From Entomortierella parvispora E1425 (lineage: Eukaryota > Fungi > Mortierellomycota): 64,000 bases of DNA. Shown here piece after piece: positions 13,701-25,302 of the stretch (its first letter is position 1; every line of letters begins with the position of its first letter). Position numbers and translations under genes: made by a program. Location of the stretch: the NCBI GenBank assembly GCA_020891255.1, contig BQFW01000007.1, forward strand, positions 1,178,001 to 1,242,000. The letters are read 5' to 3'. The notes beneath the pieces are model-generated. The model was not told the DNA's origin. It saw only the letters and a program-made list of their open reading frames with translations, and did no database searches.

Positions 13701-15237
13701 ATCCAACTCTAGAAGAGCAGTGACATCAGCAAAAGCACCCACCATCTCGAGGAAGCAGACTCTCTATCGAACAGAGGATTTGATTGCCAATGGAAAGGTG
13801 TCTGTGTCAGCCATTACAGTCGAAGCCACGACCACGTCTGCTGTACCAACAACATGCGAGATTGACACCTCTAAACTGAGCCCCAAAGGACGATCAATGA
13901 CCATGTCTGAAGGTATGTTGAGAAAGGAGCAGAAACTCTACAGCCAGCAGCAGCAGCAACATCACTCTCAGTACCCAGACCGGAACCAAGACCCACAAGT
14001 GCCATGGATGTCCTACCCGAGCGCCTCTCTGTCTGCTGCGACAGGATCTAAAAAGCCAAAAAGTCGACCCAGCATTTTGACTCGAGGCTTCTCCGCAGAC
14101 TCTGGTTCGCGACAGGACAAGAAGAAGAACCAGCAGCAACCATCACCCATGGAGAGCCCCAAAGGTGGTCGGGCCCTGCCTCTTCCTGGCACACCGCCTC
14201 GCAAGGCCACGGCCCGAGAGAGATTGGTTGCCTTGGTCACCAGAAGTACTCCCCCGCAGACAGTGGCTCCGTTGAACTCTGCGAGCCCGTCTTGGAATGC
14301 CAGCAATGATCACGCAAGTGGTCGTCTTCTGGGGACTTCGATCCATAGCCATCAAAGTGGCAGCAGCCCTTCAGCCCATGAAGATGACTATCACCACTAT
14401 CAGTACCAGCAGCAGCAACAGCGACGCGCATCCTCTCGCCAGAGCCATTCCCCAACCATCTTGACCCAAACCCATCACCGACGACAGGGCTCCCCTACAT
14501 TTGTGAGGTCACCTGAGAGTAGCGTTTATAACCATACCGTTGGACCATCGACAGGAGCAGGAGCAGGCTCCTACTACTCATCTTCTCAGCAGCACCATCA
14601 GTCTCACCAGTCACATCACCGCCGGCAGATGTCCTCGCCCAAGTTAGCGGAGCCTGTGTTGGGATTCCCGTACAACAACAGCTCTTTGCTCACACCGGCA
14701 GATCTGCACCATCATCGATCCCCACCCGCCATGTCTCCAGCCTCCCCACTGGCGGCTTTCGCTACAGTCCGAGGGTCCTCCAACTCCACCGACACTTCCT
14801 CCTCCTCACATCGACGATCGAGGAGTCAGAAACCGAGACCATTCTCAGTGGCGACGATGGAGAAGGTAATGAGTGACCATCATCACCACCAGCACCATCG
14901 TCATCATCGTGATCGTCGGCTTGGCGGCGGTGGTAGTGGCAGCGAGGACAACAGCGAGATGGATTTGAACCCTCGAGGAGCCTCTTTCCACCAGGGATAT
15001 CACCAATACCCGACCCACCCTCATCTCCCACAAGGGTTTTATCAAGATCCAAGCTCTTCAAAGCAGAGGCACATGTCGGCTGGTGCAGGGGGAGGAGGAA
15101 ATGGCAGACCCTGGACAGACATCTTGCTCCTACCGATCACTAGTCTGATCAACATTACGCGGACGAATTCTACGGTCAGCTCAAGGACCAAGGACTCGCA
15201 TCAGCCACTGCCACAGGGAATGGGCATGGATAAGTGA
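10743..15237 (+). CDS. Large low-complexity (Q/H/S-rich) uncharacterised protein; exons 10743-11709, 12320-15237
   Basis: Two long ORFs join in frame via GTAAG(11710)...AATAG(12319), giving ...YFFR-G-DHSMDHYPPP. No recognisable globular domain. Confidence 0.72.
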
Positions 15238-15397
15238 AGGCGAAGGAAGGAGGGAAAAAAATATCAAAAATACCAAAAAGAACAATAAAACAACCACAGA
15301 AACAAACTATTGAGCTATTGAGCTTTATCATGATGTCAAAAGGTCACCTACACCACCAAAACAATGTTGCTCTCGCTTGTCGCTATGGTCTTGGATA

Positions 15398-17028
15398 TTA
15401 AGTCTTGTTCCTGAAGGTGGTTGAGAGATCGGCTCGAATCGACAACTGGTCAATGATAACGTCAGGGCTAGCGTACTCGGTTGACAAACCATTCAATTGC
15501 AAGTCTAGGGACTGTAACTGGGCCAATTGGCGAAACTCGCCAACCAAGTACTGGACCAGAGCCCCATCTTCAAGTCCCTGTCCTCTTATTTCCATCCCTT
15601 CCTCTACTCTGTAGGTACAAAGACTGAGCTTGAGAGATCGGAGGCCAGTGCACGCCCAAGGGTGAAGACCTAGGTCTACAACCATATGGTCCCCATGATT
15701 ACGGATGCGACTCCTGTCCTCCACTGAGATAGTAGTCTTCCAGATAGTAGAGCCAAGGAGATGGATCAGGCTCGGAAGCTGTGATACTAGATCAGCGAAC
15801 TCTTCCAGTAACATTACAATCGGCCGCAGATCCAATCGGCACAAAGTGGGGCCATGATGGTAAACAAGACTTGTCCACAACCTAGGACTTTTGTCCAGAG
15901 TCCATCGATCTATATTTGAACTCTGAAGCTCAAAGGACTCCAATCGAAATCCTGACGTATTTGCTGTAGTCTTTCTGTCGACGATTGAGTCTTGAGGGGC
16001 CTGCAACAGACTCAAAGCCCAGCTAAAAGAGAATGCATCCCTGTTTCCTTCCTGTGTAAAAGTTAATCTTGTCAAAAGCGGACAAGTCTCATGCAAGACT
16101 TTTGCGATTCCTGTCGCGTATTCGCTTATATCACCTGATGATAGGGTCAATTCTTTCAAATGGGAACACATCCTCAACACGGGGAGGTAAAGGAAGAACT
16201 CGTTGGCTTTGCGATGTTGAATCCTGAGAGACTCTGGAAAAGGCACGGTAGGATACTCGCTAGGCACTAGACTCCAATCCATTCCTCCAGATGGATTGTC
16301 ATCCTCGTATGAATCGTCAACGTCTAGGGTCGATAGAGACACTGTTTGAATTCGTCGACAAGCCCAGATGGTCGCTTGATAATACTCACTGGAGCGGCTT
16401 CCACCATTCGCTTCATTCATTTCAAAGGTGTTCAGTCTCGGATGATTACTAAGGAGATCAAGTAATCGACTGCATCCGTGCATTTCTAGTTGAGGGAGAA
16501 TGGTCACCAAACGAGTCAAGCTGGAATGAGATTCGGCAAGCTGAAACAGGTCCCTGACCAGCGGAACATTTGAGAAAGCAGTGCTGAGATTTGGAAGGGC
16601 CAAGGTGATCGTCTCTAGGTTCGGAAATGGAACGATCGATGTTTGGACAGGATTCTTGATGTTGTTGTCACCACTGCTCCTGTTCACTTGATTCGCTTGG
16701 CTTTGCCCATCGCCGACAAAGACAGCATCAGCATTTTGACAACGTTCTTCGGTCAGGGGCGACCTCAAGGGATGACGAACAACCATTGACAGGACATGAG
16801 AACCATAGAGACGGCGCGCAGCCGATTGATGGTTATACAAAACGTAGTCTTGGTCGGACGGACGATGCTCATTGAAATCGATGGTTTGATAAAGCAACGG
16901 AGAAAAACGCGTGTTCCAGTTTTTGGATACCAGAACGCAGACAACATAGTGCGCCCTCTCCAGGTGAGAGTTGATGGACTGGAAAAGGTCCAGATATCTA
17001 GTATCGAGTCAATGGTAGGAGAGAACAT
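15398..17028 (-). CDS. F-box/LRR-like protein; 5' end ambiguous (frameshift or unrecognised intron near 16990-17000)
   Basis: 499-aa ORF with LRR-like segments and the HPWACTGLRSLKL signature. Upstream in the same frame reads INSHLERAHYVVCVLVSKNWNTRFSPLLYQTI (F-box-like), but there is no in-frame ATG before an upstream TGA. Confidence 0.75.
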
Positions 17029-17362
17029 TGTTGGCAAGAAGATGGATGGAGGTGCACAAGGGTTTGTTGCTAGGAAGGAAGTGAAAGGAGAGAGGTTGAT
17101 ATAACTCGAACTGATCATTTTCGACTTTCAGGAAGGCGCAGAAGATAATTATCATGAATCGAGTGCCAACCTCTTTTCTTTTTTTTTTTTTTTTTTTTTT
17201 GCGCTCTCTCCAGTTCTGGTGGTCCTGCCATGTTTTCATCCCCTGTCTCCAACCCGACTTCTGATATTCACTTCACATATGGCGCGGTCAGAGGTAGCTC
17301 TCGGTTTTGAACTGTTTTTGGTTTAATGGCGTATTTCATGAAGATGGTAAACAAGTGTAACA

Positions 17363-18694
17363 TCATTGACCACCATGCAATAAGGATTCTCTATCCCGAA
17401 CAGCATCCTCCTCTTCTGCCGTAGGCGGTTCTACCCATCCTTGTGGAACGACGCAGGGGAACATTGTACCGAGCTTGGCAGCTCTATTGATCCATGCTAG
17501 CGAACAAAGAATGAAATATAATCATTGGTGCCGTCTTTCAGGGTGATCCAACCTCCGCCAGGGCGTAAATCTGAGCAGAACAGAGCCATGAGCTACAAGC
17601 GAGAGAAAGTTTGATCCGCGTTTTTTTTACCTGGTGGACGTGATCCAGTGAGTCTGAAGGCCATTTCCGATGAAAAGTGATTGCAATTCCTAAATGTATG
17701 TCAAACAGAGTGAGTCCATCCATTGCTGCAAACGAGGACCTGTGGCCGACCATGACCCATAATATAGACTTCCCATGGCTCTCACTCTCGTACCTGGTAA
17801 GTAGCGTGTATGAATCGCCCGTGAATTCCTTCGAGAGTTGCTGGATCACTTGATTGATCTCGATGTCTGATTTTGTCGTGAATCCCACCAAGATAGTCTC
17901 TCTAGAAAACATCAAAAAGAGTGGCGCTAGAGGTGAATAATCGAGCAATCCAGATCCGACCTGAATGTCGATCCCTCGATCCCTCGATCCCTGTTGCCAC
18001 GACTCCTTGTATTCCAGCATCCTTAAACTGGACTTTGCTCATACTTGTAAATGACTCCTGGCGGTCCAACCCGTGGCTCTACACAAAACACGCCAGTGAA
18101 GTTATACTCATGTCCACCGAAATTGAATTCTATATTTGCAACCATTGAACAAAAAAAAAAAAAAAAAAAAGGAGCAGAGTTAAAGCAAAAGAAAAAGGGC
18201 TCCCAAAAAAAAGCATATCAACCATGACCAAAGCGTGATAGTTATGCAAAGGAACCAAGCTACAATTAGCAGGAGGCGTCTTTGTTTCGCTGCACAGCGT
18301 TCTGCATCAAAGAACATACCTTTCTCGAGGATCTCTACTCCGGAATGAAATACACCTAAACCATGAAAAAGGAAGCAGTGGCAGGAAACATTGAGTCAAT
18401 CGTCCTTTGAGATCCTATATCATTCTCTCAAAATTTGGACAAGGCGAGAGAAGTGTGGTGGAGAGTCCATACCAACGCCCATGTAGTAACCAAGTGTTGT
18501 AATGGCACTTGAAGGGATCTATAAAACGAACAACACAGAATTCATGTTCAGTAAGCAAAGTTCTGCAGCCGCAGCGTTTTACAGTCTGCTGGATGCAATT
18601 TAGGGGTGTTTGACAAACGATGGTTCCAATGAGCACCGACCATGTCGTAGACATTCACGTAGACAGGAACCCGTCGTGTTGCAGAAGCTGGCAT
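17363..18694 (-). CDS. DESI2: PPPDE/DeSI deSUMOylating-deubiquitinating isopeptidase; 7 exons: 18694-18641, 18518-18473, 18355-18320, 18129-18045, 17901-17794, 17689-17631, 17496-17363
   Basis: Hand-spliced: MPASATRRVPVYVNVYDM-IPSSAITTLGYYMGVG-VFHSGVEILEKE-FNFGGHEYNFTGVFCVEP...LLTR-NCNHFSSEMAFRLTGSRPPA-WINRAAKLG. Catalytic His (FHSG) and Cys (NCNHF) present; all six introns are GT-AG with consistent phases. Confidence 0.93.
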
Positions 18695-18922
18695 TATGGA
18701 CGAAGGGTGATTAGGTCGGCAGGTGTCTAGAGGTGATGAAGGCTGCAGAGGCGAAGTTTAAATTCTTCAAGAATTGGATGACTTCGTGTTGTTTTGAAAG
18801 GAAGGTGGGGAAAAGAAGAAATGGATGCTTTCCACCGACAAAAGAAAGTCAGTGGTCGCTGTCAAGGGAGGACCTTCGCCCAAAAAAAAAGACCCTCTCC
18901 CACGAGGGATGAAATAAAAGAA

Positions 18923-18993
18923 TGCGTGGTCCGGGAATCGAACCCGGGTCTACCGCGTGGCAGGCGGTAATTATACCACTAAACCAACCACGC
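18923..18993 (-). tRNA. tRNA-Gly(GCC), intronless
   Basis: GCGTGGTTGGTTTAGTGGTATAATTACCGCCTGCCACGCGGTAGACCCGGGTTCGATTCCCGGACCACGCA folds to a cloverleaf with anticodon GCC and canonical B box; a T-run terminator follows. Confidence 0.97.
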
Positions 18994-19049
18994 TTTTGCT
19001 TGATGTTCAAGATTTTCGAAATTCATCTATCATGTCAAGAGACATATAA

Positions 19050-19084
19050 TCACGTGATAATAAAAACATTTTGGGATCACGTGA
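19050..19084. promoter_or_regulatory. Two TCACGTGA E-boxes upstream of tRNA-Gly (19050-19057, 19077-19084)
   Basis: Exact palindromes 57 and 84 bp upstream of the tRNA 5' end. The same motif occurs upstream of the other three tRNAs. Function is inferred. Confidence 0.6.
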
Positions 19085-19267
19085 CATGTATTTCGGCAAA
19101 TAAAATGTTGCAAAAAAAATAAACAGCCTTTGCATTTGTCGTCTGGACCACGCGGCTTTGCTCAGGTTGTAGATATTTTGGTCTCGCACTTCACTTCTTT
19201 GGCTTGACATAGCAAATAAAATGTTGCAAAAAAAAAAAAAAAAAAAAAAAAAAAGACATGTATTTCG
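19083..19267 (+). repeat. 159-bp segment with terminal 24-bp direct repeats and A27 tail, flanked by 13-bp direct repeat GACATGTATTTCG
   Basis: GACATGTATTTCG at 19083-19095 and 19255-19267; GCAAATAAAATGTTGCAAAAAAAA at 19096-19119 and from 19212; A run 19228-19254. Confidence 0.7.
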
Positions 19268-19346
19268 TCCTCCACGTCGCGGTGAGAAAAGCAGAATCGT
19301 TCTCAATCGCGATATCTTGATACAGTTCATTTTTCATTATTCTATT

Positions 19347-20961
19347 TTAACCGCCTTTTCCACCTCCCAGCAATTGCCCAATGCCTCCAGGAAGACCATT
19401 GGTGATTTGACCAATCTAAAACAGCAGTAGTAAGAAATAAAGGAAGATGAGTATCAAATTGTTCATATCGCGTTATGCACAAGAACTTTGGAAGCGACCG
19501 ACTTACGTCTGTAGGACAGGCAAAGTTGGCAGATTGGTTCTTGAGGCCTGGACTGACCGAGAAACCAAGAATCTTGAGCGTCAACTTGATGTCGTAGTTG
19601 ATTGTGAGCTGGCCATCGACGCCACCCAGAATACCACACCTGCTAAGGATGTCTTGAACCACTGTGAATCCTGGGTCCTGCTGGCGGTCATAGCTGGCGG
19701 TGATGGGGAACAGGATTTCTTTTGTGGACTTGCTCGGAAAGCTCGCATTAGTGATTTCACCTCCTCCCAATGCAGGGCTATATCCTGGATAGTAAGCCTA
19801 AGCCAGAGCAGAGCAAAAGAGACGCGATGATGTTTAGTTAAGCAAAAAGACCCGCGGCACCCATTGTTTCGCTCTAGAAATAAGCTGACACAAAACACGG
19901 CAAAGCGAGAAACATGGCGAAATCAAATAAAATCTGGTGCAGCCCACGTTTTCCCCTGCCAACTGGTCTGCACAGGGCTCACAGGAACTAAAAAAGAAAT
20001 GCCCTCGCCCACCTGGACACGCCCCCCGCGCAACTTAGCTCCATCTCTCTCTCTTCTCCTGTCATCATTCCAAACAGTGATGCTCTCTTCCACGACGCCT
20101 TTTTGTCAACAGCCTCTGCAGTTGTACGCGCCCTAATCTTACCGTGGCGGCAATCTTTTCAAAGTTAAAGCCAATTGGATTCGGGTTCTTGACTTGGATT
20201 GTTGCCACGAAATTGATGGCCAGAGTCGTGTTGCCCTGATTGAATGCAAACGTGGGTTCGCCTTGCAGGCCCAAGTAGTCAACCGTAGGGATTTTGAAAA
20301 CTGTCAAGACAATAACGACTAGGACAATAATGGCCAGCAGGATGAGAAGGAAGAAGCAGCAAGTAACTCTGCCGCAGGTGGACCGAATGCAAGGGAAACA
20401 AGGCAGACATTTCGACCGTGGCCTTTCCTCCTTCAACGCCCTGCTCTTGTAACTGTTGCTCTGCATGCTGCTCGGTCGACTGCTGCCGCCCGCGCCACTC
20501 CTGTTCTGCTGGGTTGCCAAAAGCTGCATCGAATTACGCTCATAGCCATTGTAGTACTTTGGTTGTTGTAGTTGCTGTTGCTGTTCTGAGGCGTCATAGT
20601 AGCCTCCTGTATTATTGTTAGCGCCGTTGCCTCCTGCAGCGTGATAACTGTCGTAGTACTGATCGTGATCATATTGGCCTTGGGGATGCTGCTGTTGATT
20701 TGCAGCGTAGTGGTGGTATTGCTCCTGCTGTTGCTGGTAATCTGGGATATAGCCGTTGGTATCGTACGGTATACCGTATGTGTCTCGTTGCGCATTGCGC
20801 TGCCGGGCAGACGGCATTTCCTGCATGGCGTAGTTGTCGGGCTGTTGGTTGGATCTCATTGCATCGAGAGTGGGAGTAGAATAGTAAGAGTCATTGTGGC
20901 CGTCGCCATTTGAGTTTCCATTGTTGTTCTCTTGGTAGTGGTTGTTGCTCCTGTAGCTCAT
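19347..20961 (-). CDS. Single-pass membrane protein with LEA_2-like beta-rich ectodomain; exons 20961-20143, 19797-19507, 19415-19347
   Basis: Q/N/Y-rich cytosolic N-terminus, Cys-rich juxtamembrane segment (KCLPCFPCIRSTCGRVTCC), TM helix, then IQVKNPNPIGFNFEKIAAT-AYYPGY, typical of LEA_2-like domains. Introns are GT-AG. Confidence 0.82.
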
Positions 20962-21747
20962 GGTGAGGACGTTGTTCTGCTTTCTGGCCTTTCGAGGTTG
21001 GGGTGGACTGGGATGGGGTGAAGAGAGATGGGATGCAGGACGGCAGTTGCGGTCATGTGCGACACGGGGCAAAGGGAATGCAAAGGGCAGAGTCCAGAAT
21101 AGCAGACAGTGAGAGCAGATGATGACGATGCGATGCAAAGGAATGAAGGAATGAAGGACAGAAAGAGAGAAAAGCAAAGACAAAGAGAGAAGGGAAGAGG
21201 GAGAGCTATGTCAGTCGTGTCAAGGACAATAAATAGAGTGTGTGTCTGCCCGGTTCCTGTGCCTGGCAGAGCGTCTGTGCGTCTTTCGGTGTCTTTGGGT
21301 CGGAAATCATTTGTCGGTAATTTATGAATCCGATCCGTGCTGAATAGGGCAAGATGGTCCTTTCGTCCCTTTTCTGTTCTCTCTCTCTCTCTATTCTATC
21401 TCTCCTCTTCTCTTTCTGCCTGTCCCTTCTCTTCTCTTGTCTCTCTTGTCTTCTCGCTTCGGATTATGGCAATTGTAGCAAAGTGCCGATAGACCACCCA
21501 GCCGACGGAGATCCACTTCCCATCCGATAAAGTATGACACGTGCTTCTCCGGGCATGGAGAGCCGATCGATCTCCCTGCAGGGATGTCTATACCAGGCTT
21601 GTTGGATGCCTCATTCTGGACGTCCACCTCACTCTCACACTTTTTTTTTTTGTTCGAGATATTTTCATTTGTGGATTGTGGATTGTAGATTAGGAAAAAA
21701 AAATTACATAAACATTCAAAGCTCTGCTGAGCTCTTGGCTGGCATCC

Positions 21748-22072
21748 TCAGTACGGGGTGATAGACGTCCCTAGCCCTGCATTGACTCGCGCTACGTTGT
21801 TGTCATTGAAGATATTCGTCATCTTGAACACATCCCCCACCCAATAATAATTGACGCGGATCCGGAACCAGTAGGGCCATCGGGTATAGCAATAGTTGGC
21901 AAGCGCATCCAGGAGAGAACCGTTGGTCTCATCTGCCAGTGGGCCAATGCAAAGCTGGGGTATCTCTCCCTGCTTCAAAGATGCAAGGATGTCAGACTCC
22001 AGAATGCTCAGGCTAAAGAGAGGGATTTTTTTTTCGATCAGTAAAGATGAGCTTTGAATCAAACAACAAGTC

Positions 22073-22107
<35 letters not shown>

Positions 22108-23958
22108 TGAAGACTCACTTGATGTCGATCTGCTGCCATAGGATAAAAGATCCATCCGTGGGGGGGCCTTGCTCGCACCAGCTAAAGTAACTCGCGTTCA
22201 GTTGGTCCGGTTGAGTATCCTGACTTGTGTACGTAAATCCATCCAGCTTCCATGTGTCTTTTTGGTTGGCCCATGTTGGTATAGGTGGCGGGATCGAATA
22301 ATAGGTGTCGCTCATAAAAATCATCAGTCGCTGGTTGGCCAGGATCATTTCCCTCAATGTAGGCCAAGGCTCGCTGAGCGATGAGCGGGGCCACATAAGG
22401 AGATCGCCAGTTGGGAGCGTGAAGTACTGCAAAACTTTTGCCACGAGAGCTTGAGCCATTAGATCTTGAGGGCCGTCAAATTCGTTGAATTCAATGGTCA
22501 AAACTTCGTAAGGGTTGGCGAGCAAGAACGCAAGTATGGCGCTGAGAACCGAATCCAACGTGACGCCAATGGCTCGCGTCGGTCCGTACCCATGGCACAT
22601 TACAACTTCGGTGTTGTTGTTGGTCAGACAAGTTCCGAGATCCAAAAATCGAATGCCTAAAGGAAGGAGCAAAGAAGGTCAGAAATGAGGGAGAGAATGA
22701 CGAGAGAGGAGCATAGCAGAAGGCGCTGGCTCATACCGTCAGACAATTGCTGGGCCACTGTATGGTCCGGCTCATTCTCCCAAAAGCAAGAGATAGCCCA
22801 CGCAGGAATAACCTCAGAGCAGGCTGATCCCCAGAGTGTACAGATCTCCAAACTACTTGTACAAATATCCTCCCAGCCAAGACAAAACGACTCTGTTGCT
22901 TCACATGCGGACGAGAATGCGCCGCAGAGCCAGTGAAGCCAGTTTGGCAGAGCTTTCAGACAAGAGTTGGAGTATTGGGTGCAGCGTATCTCCCATCCTT
23001 GGGTACAGTTCTGGGCTTGTTGAGCACACACAGTTGTAGTCTCCAGACAAGTGTTGATTGCAGTCGTGCAATCGTATTCAAGATTATAGGTGGCGCTGTT
23101 GTGCGTTCCTGGGTAGGTCTGAGTAAGAAGATACGCTATCAGTTAGCTTCAGTTCACTGCCCTTTGTCTGCATGTCCATGCGCTTACCACTTGATTATAT
23201 CTTAGGTCACAGATATCTGAACGTCCATTACACAGCATGTCCGACGAATTGACGACAGCCATGGATCGAAAACCAGACAGAGGCATGTTGACCGCCTTTG
23301 CTCCTTGAGGGATACTCGAATTGCGCCGATGAAGCATTGGGTGATTACTTTCCTCTGACAGCAGTCCACGCTTTTGATTCACCGTCTCTTCGTTACTGCA
23401 GCTGCTCATTGCATAATCAGGGACATGCTCAACGCTACCCGTCCCAAAAAGAGCACCAGCGTCGGGTTGTCGCCGCAAAACACATTCGGGATTAAGACGA
23501 GGATCTTGTAGTAGTGCCTTTCGCTCTTGGTCGGGTGTCAATGGTGGTCGCTGCTTTGGTTGTGGTTGTCTCTGCGGCTGGGTCCTCCATATTGGTGAAT
23601 CCATGGGTGAGGATCCAGAAGCTGAGGCTATAACTGGTGACAAGACAATACATAATCCGACCATGACCCACATACACAGAAGGATAAGAGTGCTTCTCTG
23701 ACGGCCACCGCGACATCCCCTCGTTTTTCTCAGTACTGTGCCGGTGTTGATCCCGGTCGCGGACCCAGCCCTGTGTATCGCTCTGACAGAGTGACTACAG
23801 AGGAGGACCACGTCGACTCTGCATGATGCCTCCTCATGCATAGAACAGGATGCCGCATCACTCCTCCTTCTTCTAGCCTCTTTCAATTGTTGCGAATACT
23901 GGACCATTGTCTTGTCCGAGACTGCCCCATTCTGTGGCCGTTGAAAGGGACAAGACAT
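21748..23958 (-). CDS. PLC-like phosphodiesterase (PI-PLC X-domain-like TIM barrel), probably secreted or membrane-anchored; exons 23958 (or 23907)-23188, 23118-22737, 22656-22119, 22012-21748
   Basis: LCNGRSDICDLRYNQV-TYPGTHNS, QQLSDG-IRFLDL, VMCHG and NPYEVLTIEF motifs; hydrophobic N-terminal segment. Confidence 0.88.
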
Positions 23959-25302
23959 CCCCCGCTGTGGTTTTTTGTTTGATCCTGGTTAGATCTTGGG
24001 TCACAGGGCTATTCACCTGACCTTTGTCGAACATCTTCAAGCACTCACCTGTTGACTCTGTATGTCGGTGTCTGTCGACCTTATCTCCATGGTTTTCTTC
24101 TTTACTTCTTTTCGTGATCAAGTTGCTTTAGGTGTATGGGCGTGGGAGTCAGAAAGAGGACGGCGAATGGTGATACCAGGGTTTGGGACAATGATAAGCT
24201 TGCTGAGCTTTGCCCTGCTGCAGAATCAGTTGGAGCTGGATCCTCGTCGAAAGCGAAGGGTCAATTGAAGATCAGAGAAAAATGACCAGGCCTTTTGAAG
24301 CCAGACGGAATGGGCGACGGGAAGGATAGTGAACAAGCTGCACGAAAGAAAGATTGAAGAGGGGGAAAGAAAAAAAAAAGAAAGAGCAAAAGAGACAAGT
24401 TGAGCACTCTGTGCACTCCAGTGCACAGACATCCACCCCCTTCCAGCAACCCCCTTTGACAAACAAAGGTAAACGGAAAAAAATAAGAGAAAGGTCAACA
24501 GCAAACGCGCCAGTGTTGTCAGCTGTCGTGCAAAATAAAGCTTTGTTGCAAGCTTTGTCCGTGGGGCTGTCTTCGTGGACCCTGTCTTTTAGCTTGTCCA
24601 TCAATCACCCATGGCCATGGCAAAAAAAAGGGGGCGAGTGTTACCCAAAAAACCAACATTCTGGGCAGCACAGAAAACAACAGAGAGGAACAACCATTGC
24701 AGCGAACAGCGGACAGCAATTGTTCCTTGCTGTTGTTGCTTTGTTTTTCGGAAGAACGGTTACGCGGTTGCTCCACCCACCTTGCACATTGACGACGTTC
24801 GTCCGCTCGCTTTTTTCAAAAGAGTGCTTTTCCGTCATCCGTGTCCCTGCATCCTCGTTTTCTTGTGGGGAATAGACAACAAAAAGTCATACGACTCCTA
24901 TCTCTCTCTGTACAATTGTCACCCTTTTTTTTTCAACGTGCTAAAATCGACGCATGGCCACCTTGTCAAGCAGGAGATATAGGGAAGGAGGCAGGGAGGG
25001 AGATGTGCAAGTGCGCGTGTGCAACGTGCCGTCGCTGTTGGAGTTTCTGACATTCACCCCCTGGTTCCTGAGTGACGGACAATCTAGAGTCCGAAAAAAA
25101 CGCGTGACGGGGCGTGTGTTTTTTACGTTCATCAATGGTACGCTGATCTTGAAGGTGAAGCCTCGTCAAGAACCGAGTTGACGCAACTACGGTAGTTTGC
25201 TTTGGTATGGCCAATAAAAAATACCCCCATTTATAAATTCTTTGAGATAGAGAGGGAAGAAAGGTTGAGGATGAAGGGGAAGAGAGGAGGGAACAGGGTA
25301 TT

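Noticed and set aside
17968-17991. (TCGATCCC)x3 as a frameshifting repeat expansion creating a pseudogene
   Set aside because: It lies inside intron 4 (18044-17902) of the intact DeSI gene.
17538-18020. 160-aa minus-strand ORF as an independent gene
   Set aside because: It is a read-through of DeSI intron and exon sequence.
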